The translations under genes and the position numbers were made by a program. From a virus, in IMG/VR virus record IMGVR_UViG_3300022752_000059, positions 2,601 through 66,600 of that record: a stretch of DNA of 64,000 nucleotides; one strand, 5' to 3'. The stretch's first letter is position 1, and each line of letters begins with the position of its first letter. This document shows positions 43,528-53,030 of the stretch, one piece after another. The notes under the pieces are model-generated. The model was not told the DNA's origin, did not search any database, and saw nothing but the letters and a program-made list of their open reading frames with translations.

Positions 43528-44524
43528 ATTGATCAATCCTTGTGCTTTGTCCTCGTGTGGCTGGAGCAATGATGATTCCATGCTGTGTTCCAAACTGCGG
43601 GTTATTTGCGGTGTGGTTAAAGGATACTGAAGAGCCACCACGCACGCCAGTCACAGTAATACTGTTGATGTTTGTAGATACTTGGATAGTAGATAGATAG
43701 TTATCGGAACCAGTATTAGAAAACGTGGATGACGCAACTTCTGAAACGACTCCACTTTCACTTTTAATAATACGCATTGTGTGCGTGTATACCGTAGTAT
43801 TTACAGTCGTCAGTGTTGCGGGGTAGTCGCAGTTAAAACTAGTGGTTGTAGTATTGGCAGTACAACCGCTTCCTGGATAGGAATAAGGGTTTACAGCACC
43901 GCTCCTTATGTTTTGGTAGCAAACGCCGTTGAATGCATAACCACCAATAGCACCGCAACTTGGAACCATGCTATCAGTAAATCCAAGAAAACCGCTGTAA
44001 CAGGTGCAGGTTGCTGGGTCGACGGGGTCTCCCGAACAAGCACAACCGCCTGGATCATTACAAATGCATTGACTGTTTGGAGTGACAGATTGGTTGTTTG
44101 GGCAAGTGCCCCCAGAGAAGGTAGTGGTTGAAGACGTGCAGGTTCTAAGACACGTTGTTCCGCTAAGTGTTCCACCCTCTGGACATGTGTATGCCGAGGA
44201 CGTACCACCAGTTGTTACAGATTGTGTGACGGCAGCCCACCAGTTGTTGGCATTTCTAACCCAAAAAGAAACTCCAAAGCCAGCATTATCACTACCACTA
44301 CTGGTTGCTCTAAACGACCCATCAGACTTTTGAGAGTCAAAAACCGCAAGCGGATAGGAAGACGCAGTGGTGGGTGTAAAGGCAGTGTTGGAACTTATTT
44401 GCCAATCGCCTCTTACTTCTATCCACTCATACTCAATCGTGGCAATATTGGCGTTATTAGCCCTGTTGAAAGTATCTGTGAACGGCACTACCGATCGAGC
44501 CGATTCAATAATTCCTGGAATCAT
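43511..44524 (-). CDS. Fibre/decoration protein: lectin-like beta-sandwich with a Cys-rich insertion
   Basis: DTFNRAN..W....G.W.I, G.GVSFWV...NNWWA; YTCPEGGTLSGTTC and about 14 Cys. Confidence 0.55.
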   Translation of the reverse strand: MIPGIIESARSVVPFTDTFNRANNANIATIEYEWIEVRGDWQISSNTAFTPTTASSYPLAVFDSQKSDGSFRATSSGSDNAGFGVSFWVRNANNWWAAVTQSVTTGGTSSAYTCPEGGTLSGTTCLRTCTSSTTTFSGGTCPNNQSVTPNSQCICNDPGGCACSGDPVDPATCTCYSGFLGFTDSMVPSCGAIGGYAFNGVCYQNIRSGAVNPYSYPGSGCTANTTTTSFNCDYPATLTTVNTTVYTHTMRIIKSESGVVSEVASSTFSNTGSDNYLSTIQVSTNINSITVTGVRGGSSVSFNHTANNPQFGTQHGIIIAPATRGQSTRIDQFEYIN

Positions 44525-44529
44525 AAGCC

Positions 44530-45708
44530 CTACGCAATCAAGTTACCGATAAGCACCCACGTATTAGCGCCTCGCTTCACCAGAGTGGCAGCGGCCCACT
44601 GACCCTTTAACTTGAATTTGTTACCCTCCGCATTTAGGGTCACACCACCAGCCGCTTGAATAGTGACAACATACGTTCCAGTTGTTTGTAATAGGTCAAC
44701 ACGATCACCAACAGAGAACGCCACTGAATCCGTGGGAACCGTGACAGTCATATTTGCAGTAGTCGGGCCTAATTCAACTAGTTTTCCCAAGTCACTAGCC
44801 ACCAGTGTGTAGTTGTTTGAAGTAATTGTTGCGGTTGCTTGTGTTGAGTTGAATCCTGCACGAGGGGCACCAGCGGCAAGTTTGTCAACGGTCACCGCTC
44901 CGTTTGCTAACTGGGTAGTTCCAATACCACCGCTTGCAATAGCACTTCCAGGAATGGAAGTAAGACCAGCGCCAGATCCCGTAAAGGATGTTGCGGTCAC
45001 CGCACCAGCGGCAAAATTACCACTTGCGTCTCGATACACAATCGAGTTGGCAGTGTTTGTAGAAAGAGTTTGAACGTACTGAGCAAGGTTTGTCCACGTG
45101 GTTGCCCCAGTCTTTACATAAACCTGAGACTGACCAGTGTTGCTTGCGACAGTGGTGTTGATATGAGTATCACCAACAAGGCCAGTGGACCCAGAAGGCG
45201 CTGAGGAACTCTTTCTAGCAATCGTTGACGGGCTTACTACCCGCTTGTCGACAAGCAATTCCGTGTCGTGCGTTTGATTAAAAGTATTCTTGACGTACAC
45301 CGCATAAAGCGGGATTTGAGAAGCGGGAAGTGTTGGAAATACTGGGTTTGTTGCACTTGTTGTTCCAGTCACAACCGCAAACTGAAACGTGCCGTTGTTG
45401 TTATACGCACAGATTAAATCAAAGCGTGCGTCAGTAGTGGCGGGAGCAAGAGGGATGATTACCGTGGAACCAGTGATCGTTCCGTACTCGTTATCAATAC
45501 GAACTTCTACAGTGGACAACTGAACGTTCAAGTATGCGGCTGGATTATTGCCAGCAGCAGTGGTCACGGAGACAATGTCTCCACCAGAGATTACGGCATC
45601 ACTACGGTGACCCAAGACTTCAAAGTCAAGGGCATCTGGCTCCGCTTGATCAAGAGAAGCGATGAGGTTTGCTGAGTAATCCGTCGCATTAGGGACTGTG
45701 AAACCCAT
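44530..45708 (-). CDS. Tail fibre / collar protein
   Basis: RFDLI...G......PVFP.LP....PLYAVYV, ANSIV.RDASGNF.AG, YTLV.SD.GK...TLVK...NTWVLIG. Confidence 0.7.
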   Translation of the reverse strand: MGFTVPNATDYSANLIASLDQAEPDALDFEVLGHRSDAVISGGDIVSVTTAAGNNPAAYLNVQLSTVEVRIDNEYGTITGSTVIIPLAPATTDARFDLICAYNNNGTFQFAVVTGTTSATNPVFPTLPASQIPLYAVYVKNTFNQTHDTELLVDKRVVSPSTIARKSSSAPSGSTGLVGDTHINTTVASNTGQSQVYVKTGATTWTNLAQYVQTLSTNTANSIVYRDASGNFAAGAVTATSFTGSGAGLTSIPGSAIASGGIGTTQLANGAVTVDKLAAGAPRAGFNSTQATATITSNNYTLVASDLGKLVELGPTTANMTVTVPTDSVAFSVGDRVDLLQTTGTYVVTIQAAGGVTLNAEGNKFKLKGQWAAATLVKRGANTWVLIGNLIA

Positions 45709-45715
45709 TTAAACC

Positions 45716-45940
45716 TCACAGAGTGTCGTAGATGTTTCCGTTCTTTCGGAGGTAGGCGTAGAGGTCACGAGGGACCGAGTATCGAGTGCCATCAACGAAG
45801 TTGAAGACCCGCTGACCCCAGTACATCGTCCAAGTTCCCTTGATGCGTGCCTGCACTTCGTCAGGCATTACGACTACTGGTTGCTCTTCGACCTGGTTCT
45901 CGTCCTGTTCGACGAACTCCGCAATCTTTCTTTTAGCCAT
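45716..45940 (-). CDS. Small capsid-associated protein
   Basis: Directly after the capsid gene; F..G.RY.VPRDL..YL...G.IY; RBS AAGGAG. Confidence 0.6.
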   Translation of the reverse strand: MAKRKIAEFVEQDENQVEEQPVVVMPDEVQARIKGTWTMYWGQRVFNFVDGTRYSVPRDLYAYLRKNGNIYDTL

Positions 45941-45980
45941 GTTGATTACTCCTTACTGAACATTTTGTCATAGATGGAGA

Positions 45981-46010
45981 GGGGGGCGGGGCAAATTGCG
46001 CCCCACCCCC
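45981..46010 (-). terminator. GC-rich hairpin after the major capsid gene
   Basis: GGGGGTGGGGC-GCAATTT-GCCCCGCCCCC; no U-tract, as is common in actinobacteria. Confidence 0.6.
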
Positions 46011-46031
46011 AACTCACATCGATTGCCTGAA

Positions 46032-47117
46032 TCAGGCGAGAGCGCCACCCTTGGTGTTGATAAGCACTCGGGACTCATGGGTGATGACACCGAAGCCCCA
46101 GATTGCGTACCAAGCAAGACCGTGCTCACGACCGAAGTCGATGACGCCACCGTCACGGAGTTCGACGGGCAGAGCGATTGCCTGACCGAATGCGTTGTCT
46201 CCGATCATCATGGCGCTGTACGAGTCAGAGGTCGGGTCCTGGAAACCGTTCGACGACGGGTTGACGTCGACGACATCCGTGGAAGCCTGACCCTTGAGCA
46301 CCTGCGTGGTCTCGATGAACACGACGTCGTAGAGACGACCGATTTCACCGAGCATGAAGTTGCCAGGAGCGGCGTACTTGGTGACTTCGATGAACTCAGG
46401 CCAGTCACGCAGCGCACGGCTCTGCGACGGGTGCACGAAGCACACGTACGTGTCGCCAAGGCGAGGAATGTTCTGACCAGCGAGCACTTCGACGGCATCC
46501 TTAACGGTTGCAGGCGAGAAGTAGCCAGGGGCCGAAGCCGAACCAGCGGCTGCGTACTCGTACGGAGCAAGCGAACCACGGCTTGCGGCTGCAGTGCGAC
46601 CGAACACAACGCTCGGAGCAACAGCGGCACCGCCGCCGAACGGAACGCCAGCGCTGTACAGCGTGTTGCGTGCCTGGATGTCCATCGACTGCGCCATGTG
46701 GCGACCGAGGAGACGGGAAGCCGATGCCATGACGTCATCGAATGCTGCGTTGAGCAACAGTTCGGTGACGGCAACTGCCTTACCCTGTTCCTTCACGGTG
46801 ATCTGAATCTGCGAGGCGGACAGAGCGCTCGGCTCAAGTCGCACACCTTCAGTCAGTTCGGCGCCAACGGCGTCGTCCGTCGAAAGGTTGTTGTAGCGCA
46901 TGAAGTTAACAGTGAGACCAGGCATGACGCCGAGTTCGGTCTTCTTCACTGCGAACTGCTCAAAGCGCAGAACGGGCATTGCCTGGAACAAGATTTCCTT
47001 GGACCAGATTGTCTGAATTGCGGGTGACAGGGTGGTGTCGGACGAGTAACCCGTCGTCGTGATTGACGCAAGGTTTGCTCCCGTTACCGCACCGCCTGCT
47101 GGGGCTGGAAATGCCAT
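46032..47117 (-). CDS. Major capsid protein (N4-gp56 family)
   Basis: WSKEILF.A.P.L.F.QFA, G.TV.F.RY..L, LTEGV, HP.Q...LR, GEIG....V.FIET, DFGR..GLAWY. Confidence 0.93.
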   Translation of the reverse strand: MAFPAPAGGAVTGANLASITTTGYSSDTTLSPAIQTIWSKEILFQAMPVLRFEQFAVKKTELGVMPGLTVNFMRYNNLSTDDAVGAELTEGVRLEPSALSASQIQITVKEQGKAVAVTELLLNAAFDDVMASASRLLGRHMAQSMDIQARNTLYSAGVPFGGGAAVAPSVVFGRTAAASRGSLAPYEYAAAGSASAPGYFSPATVKDAVEVLAGQNIPRLGDTYVCFVHPSQSRALRDWPEFIEVTKYAAPGNFMLGEIGRLYDVVFIETTQVLKGQASTDVVDVNPSSNGFQDPTSDSYSAMMIGDNAFGQAIALPVELRDGGVIDFGREHGLAWYAIWGFGVITHESRVLINTKGGALA

Positions 47118-47155
47118 TTTAAATCCTCCGTGGATTTGTTGTTGTTGTTAGTTGC

Positions 47156-47950
47156 TTAGAACCGACCACGATTAGGTCGGGCATTCAGGAGCCGTTCACG
47201 CATCTTCGCATACTGGTCCATCGTCATGTTGCGAATGTCATCCGCAGACAACGTCTGGTATTCCGTTTGAGTTTCCGTAGGCCCAACGGGAGGTGCCGTT
47301 ACCGACACTCCCCTCAAACGACCTTGCTGTTGCTGAGTCGCTTGCTGGATTGATTCCAGAATAGCAGAACTTCGTTCACGAAGTACGGCAATTGAGTTCT
47401 CAATCTCCTCCTCCGTGTTTCCTGACACGAGGTCCAGGAGTTCGGGAACGATGTTCTCCGTCTCCTCAGACAGTCGTCGCTGGCGGAACGAAGTCAGTTC
47501 CTGGAGACGGCGCTCTTTTTCAAGGATTGCCGCCTGTGCTTGGCGCTGTTCCTCGATCTCTTGGAAGCGTCGGCTGTACTCCGAGTCGAGGTCCTTCAAT
47601 TTGAGGTCGAATTCCTCTTCACGCTTGCGGAGCAAGTCTTTGGCGCTGAGTTCCTCTTCCTCTCGCTTCTTAAGAGCCTCGGCTTCAAGACGGGCACGCT
47701 CTTCCGCTTCCTTACGGGCGGTTTCACGTTCCTGAGTCAGGAGTGCCATTTGCTCTTCCATGGTCTTGACACGGCTGTCTGCTTCTTCAAGACGCTTGTA
47801 CAGTTTGTCTTTTTCCTGCTTTCGGATGCCTTCAACTTCGTCCTCGGTGAAGACCTTCTTCTTCTGTCCGCTGACGTTTGCTGCTTCATCCTTCAGGGCT
47901 TCAGTCGCCTCTGCGGGAATGACAATTTCATCGGTATTACCTTTTGGCAT
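47156..47950 (-). CDS. Capsid scaffolding protein
   Basis: FTEDEV..IR.QEK.KLY; coiled coil; DI..M....Y...R..LL; lies between portal and capsid. Confidence 0.85.
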   Translation of the reverse strand: MPKGNTDEIVIPAEATEALKDEAANVSGQKKKVFTEDEVEGIRKQEKDKLYKRLEEADSRVKTMEEQMALLTQERETARKEAEERARLEAEALKKREEEELSAKDLLRKREEEFDLKLKDLDSEYSRRFQEIEEQRQAQAAILEKERRLQELTSFRQRRLSEETENIVPELLDLVSGNTEEEIENSIAVLRERSSAILESIQQATQQQQGRLRGVSVTAPPVGPTETQTEYQTLSADDIRNMTMDQYAKMRERLLNARPNRGRF

Positions 47951-47998
47951 AACGTATCCTTTGTTTAGTTTTGCTGATATTGACTTGTTTAGTGATTC

Positions 47999-49690
47999 TT
48001 ATTTGTCTTCGTCTGGGTTGCGACGTTGGGCGAACCTTGCGCCGTATGCCCGTGATACTAGTTTGTTTACGAGTTGCCCTTCGATGGGGTTAACCCCAGC
48101 ACCAGGCAACGGGGCTGCTGACCCCGCATTGGTTACATTAGCACCTTCTGAGGGTGCGGGTGCGGGAGCCATACCACCGTCAGGGCTGGGAGCCATGCCA
48201 GTGGCAAGCATGATTGCCATCTGAATCTGGGCACGCATCATGTCGAGCGCACCCTGATCGAGGGCATCATCCTGCAGTTCTTCGAAGATTTCAAGCATCT
48301 TCTCGTTCGGGAATTCCTCGCCCAAAGCCTCAAGCGCACCACGCTTGGACTCCAGACCCAAGGACATCTTTGCCTGCACTTCGTTGAGTTTGATAAGGAC
48401 GTCAACGGGCAACGGCTCGGGCCAGTGGATGGAAGTCTTGTAGGTCAGCGGGTCGGCTGGGTCAAGTTGCGGCAACTGGTCGGGCTCAGGCTCGGCAGCA
48501 ATTGCTGGGTTGTACGTCAACCATTCAGGGGTAAAGATTGCCGCCGTGCGAATAATGATTTCGTTCAAACGCTCCAAACCGACGGTGAAGTGGGTCTTCT
48601 TCATATTGAAACGGTTCATCATTGGCTGGTACTGGATAGCCAAAGCAACGCCGCTGGTGTTAGATACGGGTTGGAACTGACCTAGTGCGGTCTCGGGAAC
48701 ACCAGTGATCTCATGCATGGTGCGCTTCAAAAACTGAATGTATTCAAGCGCTCCCGACATTTCTCCACGAGATTCAAGGTTGAATACTTGTGCATCCTTT
48801 GGCAGACCAGCCCACACCTTCTTTGGTCCACGCTCCAACTGACTTGCCTTAGCGCCAGTGATGATCGTGACAGGGGCGGCATGGTAGTTAATGATGTCAG
48901 AAACTTCGACCATCTTTTCGTTTAATTCACGGTTCAACGGGATAATGTCCCAGATGTCCGACTGACCCCACGGCGAGGACGAAATAGACGTATTGGTGAT
49001 GTGCACCACTGGAACGGTTCCAAGAACGTTGTCGTACTGGTCGATTAATTCGTCATTGATGAATTGCTGCACCATCTCATCGGTCATGATTTCGGTGAAC
49101 GTGTATACCTGACGGGTGCCTTCGGGAGACGTTCCCCAGAAGCGATACTTCAATTTAAATCGGATGATTCTTGAACGATCGTGCGGATGATATTCGGGAA
49201 AACAATGCGCAGGGTTCAAAGGAATAATACGAATCTTGCCGTTGTGTGGAACCCCAGCCGTATCCACATATGGTTCTTCAAACGCAATCTTGACAAAACA
49301 GTCTCCCGTGACGGATGCCAACTGGCCCATCTCCCACAAGACCTTGTGTTTGTTGTTGTCTTGGTCCCAGACCTTTTGCAGAAGGTGCGGAATTATTGCC
49401 TTGTTTTGTTCTGGAACTCGGAACTGCACGCCTTTACCAAAACAAAAATTGGTGATGTAGTCCGACATTGTGCGGACATAATTCATGTAGAACTGGGACT
49501 CGCCCATCTCTCGGCGGTACGACCAGTGATGCCCTAGGTACCACGCCCAAGCCGATGCATATCTATTCAGCCGTGGACCATGAACTTCAAACTCTTCGTC
49601 TGCCAGTTCGACCAAGCCAAGCGGCGAAATAGCGACTGTGAGGTCGCTTGCGGCTGCTCTATATGATGGCGACCAGAAGTCAATAGCCAT
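47999..49690 (-). CDS. Portal protein (SPP1 gp6-like)
   Basis: W..YLG.HW, VTGD.F, G..PVVH..N, WG.SD, SG.AL...Y.P. Confidence 0.9.
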   Translation of the reverse strand: MAIDFWSPSYRAAASDLTVAISPLGLVELADEEFEVHGPRLNRYASAWAWYLGHHWSYRREMGESQFYMNYVRTMSDYITNFCFGKGVQFRVPEQNKAIIPHLLQKVWDQDNNKHKVLWEMGQLASVTGDCFVKIAFEEPYVDTAGVPHNGKIRIIPLNPAHCFPEYHPHDRSRIIRFKLKYRFWGTSPEGTRQVYTFTEIMTDEMVQQFINDELIDQYDNVLGTVPVVHITNTSISSSPWGQSDIWDIIPLNRELNEKMVEVSDIINYHAAPVTIITGAKASQLERGPKKVWAGLPKDAQVFNLESRGEMSGALEYIQFLKRTMHEITGVPETALGQFQPVSNTSGVALAIQYQPMMNRFNMKKTHFTVGLERLNEIIIRTAAIFTPEWLTYNPAIAAEPEPDQLPQLDPADPLTYKTSIHWPEPLPVDVLIKLNEVQAKMSLGLESKRGALEALGEEFPNEKMLEIFEELQDDALDQGALDMMRAQIQMAIMLATGMAPSPDGGMAPAPAPSEGANVTNAGSAAPLPGAGVNPIEGQLVNKLVSRAYGARFAQRRNPDEDK

Positions 49691-49809
49691 TAGGACGTGG
49701 GTTCCTCTTCAACTGATTTAGGTGTATAAAGTGTACCTTGCTATGACATTACCATGTTGGAAACTTCTGCATTTGGTCATAGTCTGTTGCCTTCAACCAA
49801 GGAGAAACC

Positions 49810-50010
49810 ATGCCAGGTAGTTTGAACGGGGAAGTCGTTGATACGTACTTTTTACACCCGAAGTGCAAAGAAATTGATATCTACGCCGAACAGTTGTATC
49901 CCCAAATCTTGCAACTACTTAAAGAGTTGTACGGGGATGAGAAGGTTGTCCAAAACACTGAGTTAGTAGTGGAGGCGGCTACGTATACCCTCGTGGACTG
50001 GTTGCCCTAG
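49810..50010 (+). CDS. Small counter-oriented protein (moron-like)
   Basis: RBS AAGGAG; possible promoter TTGGAA-N17-TAGTCT. Confidence 0.6.
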   Translation: MPGSLNGEVVDTYFLHPKCKEIDIYAEQLYPQILQLLKELYGDEKVVQNTELVVEAATYTLVDWLP

Positions 50011-50621
50011 TAAACGATCGACTGCTGTCCCTTGGCGGGCTTCCGTTTTTTAGGACCGCCAATCTTGGACGGGTCTACAACCTCAGCAAAGTACGGCTCG
50101 CCAATGGGACCTGTTCCACTTAAGAAACTCTCCGCTGTTCCAGGAACCAGTTCAAGGCCAGGGGCAGGGCGAGTGGGATGGAGCGGATTGATTTCTGTTT
50201 TGTTTGACGCAATGTCATAGATTGCTTCTTGCTGATTTCTGTACGCATTTCTGCGAGCCTGTCTGCGACCAAATTCTGTCGGATTAAATCTACGAGACAC
50301 GTCCAATACCAGTTCTTTTTGTGCCGCTGGTGTTTGGGTTTCATCGATTCGTGTTGAAACCCACCCGCCCAAGTTACTTCCAACCTTTGTCAGGGCTATT
50401 AGAGTATCAGGGCTGTTTATGTAGTCAGCAAACTGCTTGTGACCAACGGAGTTTAGAAGGTGCCGTTGCTCGTGACCTTTTATCGAAACCATAACCCCAG
50501 AATCCAGGACGTTGCCCGTTCGTGGGTTGATTGTAAACCCACCTTCTTCTTTTGCTAAAGAGATAGCCCGATCGGGGTCAATGTTGGTGAGAATCTTCTT
50601 AGGAGAAAGATCGCTCGACAT
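50007..50621 (-). CDS. Phage protein of unknown function
   Basis: GGFT..P.TG...G.MVS..G.E, LGGW, LDVS, A..N.Q.AIYD. Confidence 0.65.
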   Translation of the reverse strand: MSSDLSPKKILTNIDPDRAISLAKEEGGFTINPRTGNVLDSGVMVSIKGHEQRHLLNSVGHKQFADYINSPDTLIALTKVGSNLGGWVSTRIDETQTPAAQKELVLDVSRRFNPTEFGRRQARRNAYRNQQEAIYDIASNKTEINPLHPTRPAPGLELVPGTAESFLSGTGPIGEPYFAEVVDPSKIGGPKKRKPAKGQQSIVY

Positions 50622-50881
50622 TATTTCTTGGCAGTGCCCTTCTTGGCTTCTGCCTTCTTTGGCTCAGCCTTGACAGCAGTCTCAGCCAACTTGAGGAAGA
50701 GGGCAGTGTTCTCGTCGCCAACCTTGGTTGACACTATGGACAGACCGTAGGCAACGACTGGGACGAGGAGGGCTACGGCTTCTTCACCAAGGCCCAACTT
50801 GGCGGCGGCGTACGTGACGATACCGACTGCGGCGCCTTTGAGGGCGGCATCTTTATGGGCAACCTTGAGGTTCTTCTTCAT
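50621..50881 (-). CDS. Two-TM membrane protein (holin candidate)
   Basis: Two hydrophobic helices and a basic tail; RBS AAGGAG; TATAAT upstream. Confidence 0.55.
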   Translation of the reverse strand: MKKNLKVAHKDAALKGAAVGIVTYAAAKLGLGEEAVALLVPVVAYGLSIVSTKVGDENTALFLKLAETAVKAEPKKAEAKKGTAKK

Positions 50882-50908
50882 AATTGACTCCTTGAGTAGG
50901 TAGACCAA

Positions 50909-51532
50909 TTATACCGTTTTACGGATTCTGCCGTTTTTGCCTTGGATGTGGGTGTGGTACGGGGCGCCAGTATGGGGATCAAACTTTGCAGCAACTGCCA
51001 TGGTTTTGAGTGCGTTGGCTTTTGCTTGCTGAATAGTTTTCTGCTTGTTGCGGGTAAGTATTTGCATTGCCCCAAGAGCGTAGGGCGCCCCAGAACCAAT
51101 GGCATATATTCCGTTGGCATCCGACGACCAGGCGTAGTCTTCGTCCACCACGTAAATGACCCCGTTCACTGCGACGATGATTGTCGAGTTTTGTTCGGCT
51201 ATGTGCTCCTTATCCTCACGCTCTGGTGTGGCGTAACCCTGAGCCTCAAAGCACTCTCTCAGTGCAGGGACGAATTTCATCGTGAAGAACTGGTCAAGTT
51301 TCTTTCCAACGATGTTTGGTGGAGGCGCTGGTGGTTGGAATGCATGGTGGAGAATGTTGATTGCCCGCACATCCCCAGCGGCACCAAGTAAGTACTTACC
51401 ATTGACCGCAATCTTTCCAGAACCTTCACGAAGTGTGGAGATTTGGGAACCATCTGTAGACATTGAAGAAATACGAGAGTCAGCACAGATTACGGCAAAG
51501 CCGTCACCTTGAACTCCAACAATCGTTGTCAC
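50909..51532 (-). CDS. Proteasome-beta/HslV-like Ntn threonine protease
   Basis: Start re-called to GTG 51532: (M)TTIVGV...ADSR.S...GKI...GAAG...AIGSG..YALGA...D..TG. Confidence 0.88.
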   Translation of the reverse strand: MTTIVGVQGDGFAVICADSRISSMSTDGSQISTLREGSGKIAVNGKYLLGAAGDVRAINILHHAFQPPAPPPNIVGKKLDQFFTMKFVPALRECFEAQGYATPEREDKEHIAEQNSTIIVAVNGVIYVVDEDYAWSSDANGIYAIGSGAPYALGAMQILTRNKQKTIQQAKANALKTMAVAAKFDPHTGAPYHTHIQGKNGRIRKTV

Positions 51533-51534
51533 GA

Positions 51535-52689
51535 CTATTCCGACTTGTATTCCTTGCCGTTGTGCATCGCCCATCCGTTGTAGATCGGAATGACGTTGTA
51601 CGTAAAACGGTGCTGTCCGTTGTCTTCGTACGCCACTATCCCAAGACCCTGTTGCCAATTCTCGTGTCGTGTGAGTGGTCTTCCGTCGAGGTCGACACCA
51701 CCCTTAGTAGATGGAATGGCGCCGTCAATACGAGCCAAGCAACCAGGAGAAGCAGCCATAATGGTACGAGGACCATCGAAATCTTCCCGAGTTTTATATG
51801 CGGTCTCAATGCGGTGAATGTGTCCATAGATGACGCTCGTTTTCTCGTTGTTCAAATAGACGTGTGCTGTGGAACCAGAAGACTTAACACGGTCGCCGTG
51901 AATGACACGCAACTTCTCATTAATCCAGAAGTCTGAGGCGGGGTACCCAGGTCGGTACTCAACATCAAACTCGTCCATACGGCAGAGGTACGGGACGCTG
52001 AGGACGGGCCATGAGTCTGGAGTATTCCCTTTGCGCAAGCCATAAGCGGCGGCGGCGTTGGTCAACAAGTACTTTGGCATTCGCTCTTCGTGATTGCCTG
52101 CCAACCAAACGATCTTTGCAAACGGTGCAGCAGCACGAATCTGGGCACAGAACGTAGTTGCCCTGTCTATTGCCGCCTGCGTTGTTCGCTGATAAGCGGG
52201 CGTGGTCAGATACTTGCCCATTTCTGGAAGGTCAAGGTTGTCTCCTACGCAGACGATTCGTTCTGGCTGCACGTCTTTGATGAGGGCTATTGCAATTTGA
52301 ATTGCCTTCTCATCATGAGTCGGTTCAAGTTGCCCATCACGCCCCGTGTAGTAGCCAATCTGCATGTCGGGAACCACAATGTCAGTCTTGAAATGCACTG
52401 CTTTTTTGGGTTTGACAGTCGGGGCAGGAAGTTTGATGGCAGGTCCGACATGCACCACAGGCCATTCGGGACCGCTTTCCCACGACGGGGCAAACTGGAT
52501 GGCGGCAAGGTCGTGAATTTGGGCTTCGCCATCATCGTCTTTGGTCAACGATTGATACAAGGACACACGCTTGATGTCACCAATTTGCTCAATGTCAATG
52601 TTTTTCTTTTCGAGCAGTTCCACAAGTTGACCAAGCAGTTTGGTCTTGTCTTGTTTCGGGGTGGACAGGGCGTCAGTCAGATTGCTCAC
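51535..52689 (-). CDS. Calcineurin-like metallophosphoesterase
   Basis: VPD.Q, GDNLD, GNHE, HG, GHIHR, PGCL, WQQG. Confidence 0.9.
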   Translation of the reverse strand: MSNLTDALSTPKQDKTKLLGQLVELLEKKNIDIEQIGDIKRVSLYQSLTKDDDGEAQIHDLAAIQFAPSWESGPEWPVVHVGPAIKLPAPTVKPKKAVHFKTDIVVPDMQIGYYTGRDGQLEPTHDEKAIQIAIALIKDVQPERIVCVGDNLDLPEMGKYLTTPAYQRTTQAAIDRATTFCAQIRAAAPFAKIVWLAGNHEERMPKYLLTNAAAAYGLRKGNTPDSWPVLSVPYLCRMDEFDVEYRPGYPASDFWINEKLRVIHGDRVKSSGSTAHVYLNNEKTSVIYGHIHRIETAYKTREDFDGPRTIMAASPGCLARIDGAIPSTKGGVDLDGRPLTRHENWQQGLGIVAYEDNGQHRFTYNVIPIYNGWAMHNGKEYKSE

Positions 52690-52966
52690 AGCAGCATTCT
52701 CCGTTTACGTGTCGTTGGATGGTACTTATACTCACGCTGTAGCCGTGTTGTTTCAGGACCTTAGTAAGCCATGAAGCGCTGTAGACCTTGCCCTTACCCA
52801 TACCGTTGTCTTTGCGCACCATTTCCACGGCACGGTCGAGGGCTTTTTGCTCCTCTTCGGACATCCCGTCCTTGACACGGGTGAACTTACACACCAATGA
52901 AGTGTTCTGTTCCCTCGGCAAAAGAAGGGCTTGGGCAAGGCTGGATGCTTGTTCTTGATCGTTCAC
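52673..52966 (-). CDS. Small HTH-like protein
   Basis: SASWL..VL...GY.VS.STI.RH..GEC.C. Confidence 0.65.
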   Translation of the reverse strand: MNDQEQASSLAQALLLPREQNTSLVCKFTRVKDGMSEEEQKALDRAVEMVRKDNGMGKGKVYSASWLTKVLKQHGYSVSISTIQRHVNGECCCEQSD

Positions 52967-52996
52967 AAGTACCTACACATGTTCCTGTTCACGAAC

Positions 52997-53027
52997 ATAG
53001 TAGCACCCTATGCAGGCGCCGTGTCAA
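52997..53027 (-). promoter_or_regulatory. SigA-type promoter with extended -10
   Basis: TTGACA-N19-TACTAT with TGc before the -10. Confidence 0.6.
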
Positions 53028-53030
53028 GGA

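Noticed and set aside
45996-47027. 343-aa plus-strand ORF opposite the capsid gene (similar ones at 38626..39486, 52090..52764, 17533..18168, 18321..18869)
   Set aside because: Antisense shadows of strongly codon-biased genes; no RBS or recognisable motifs
51533-51658. N-terminal propeptide on the Ntn protease (ORF-track start 51658)
   Set aside because: Overlaps the phosphoesterase gene; GTG 51532 right after its stop gives Thr1 directly
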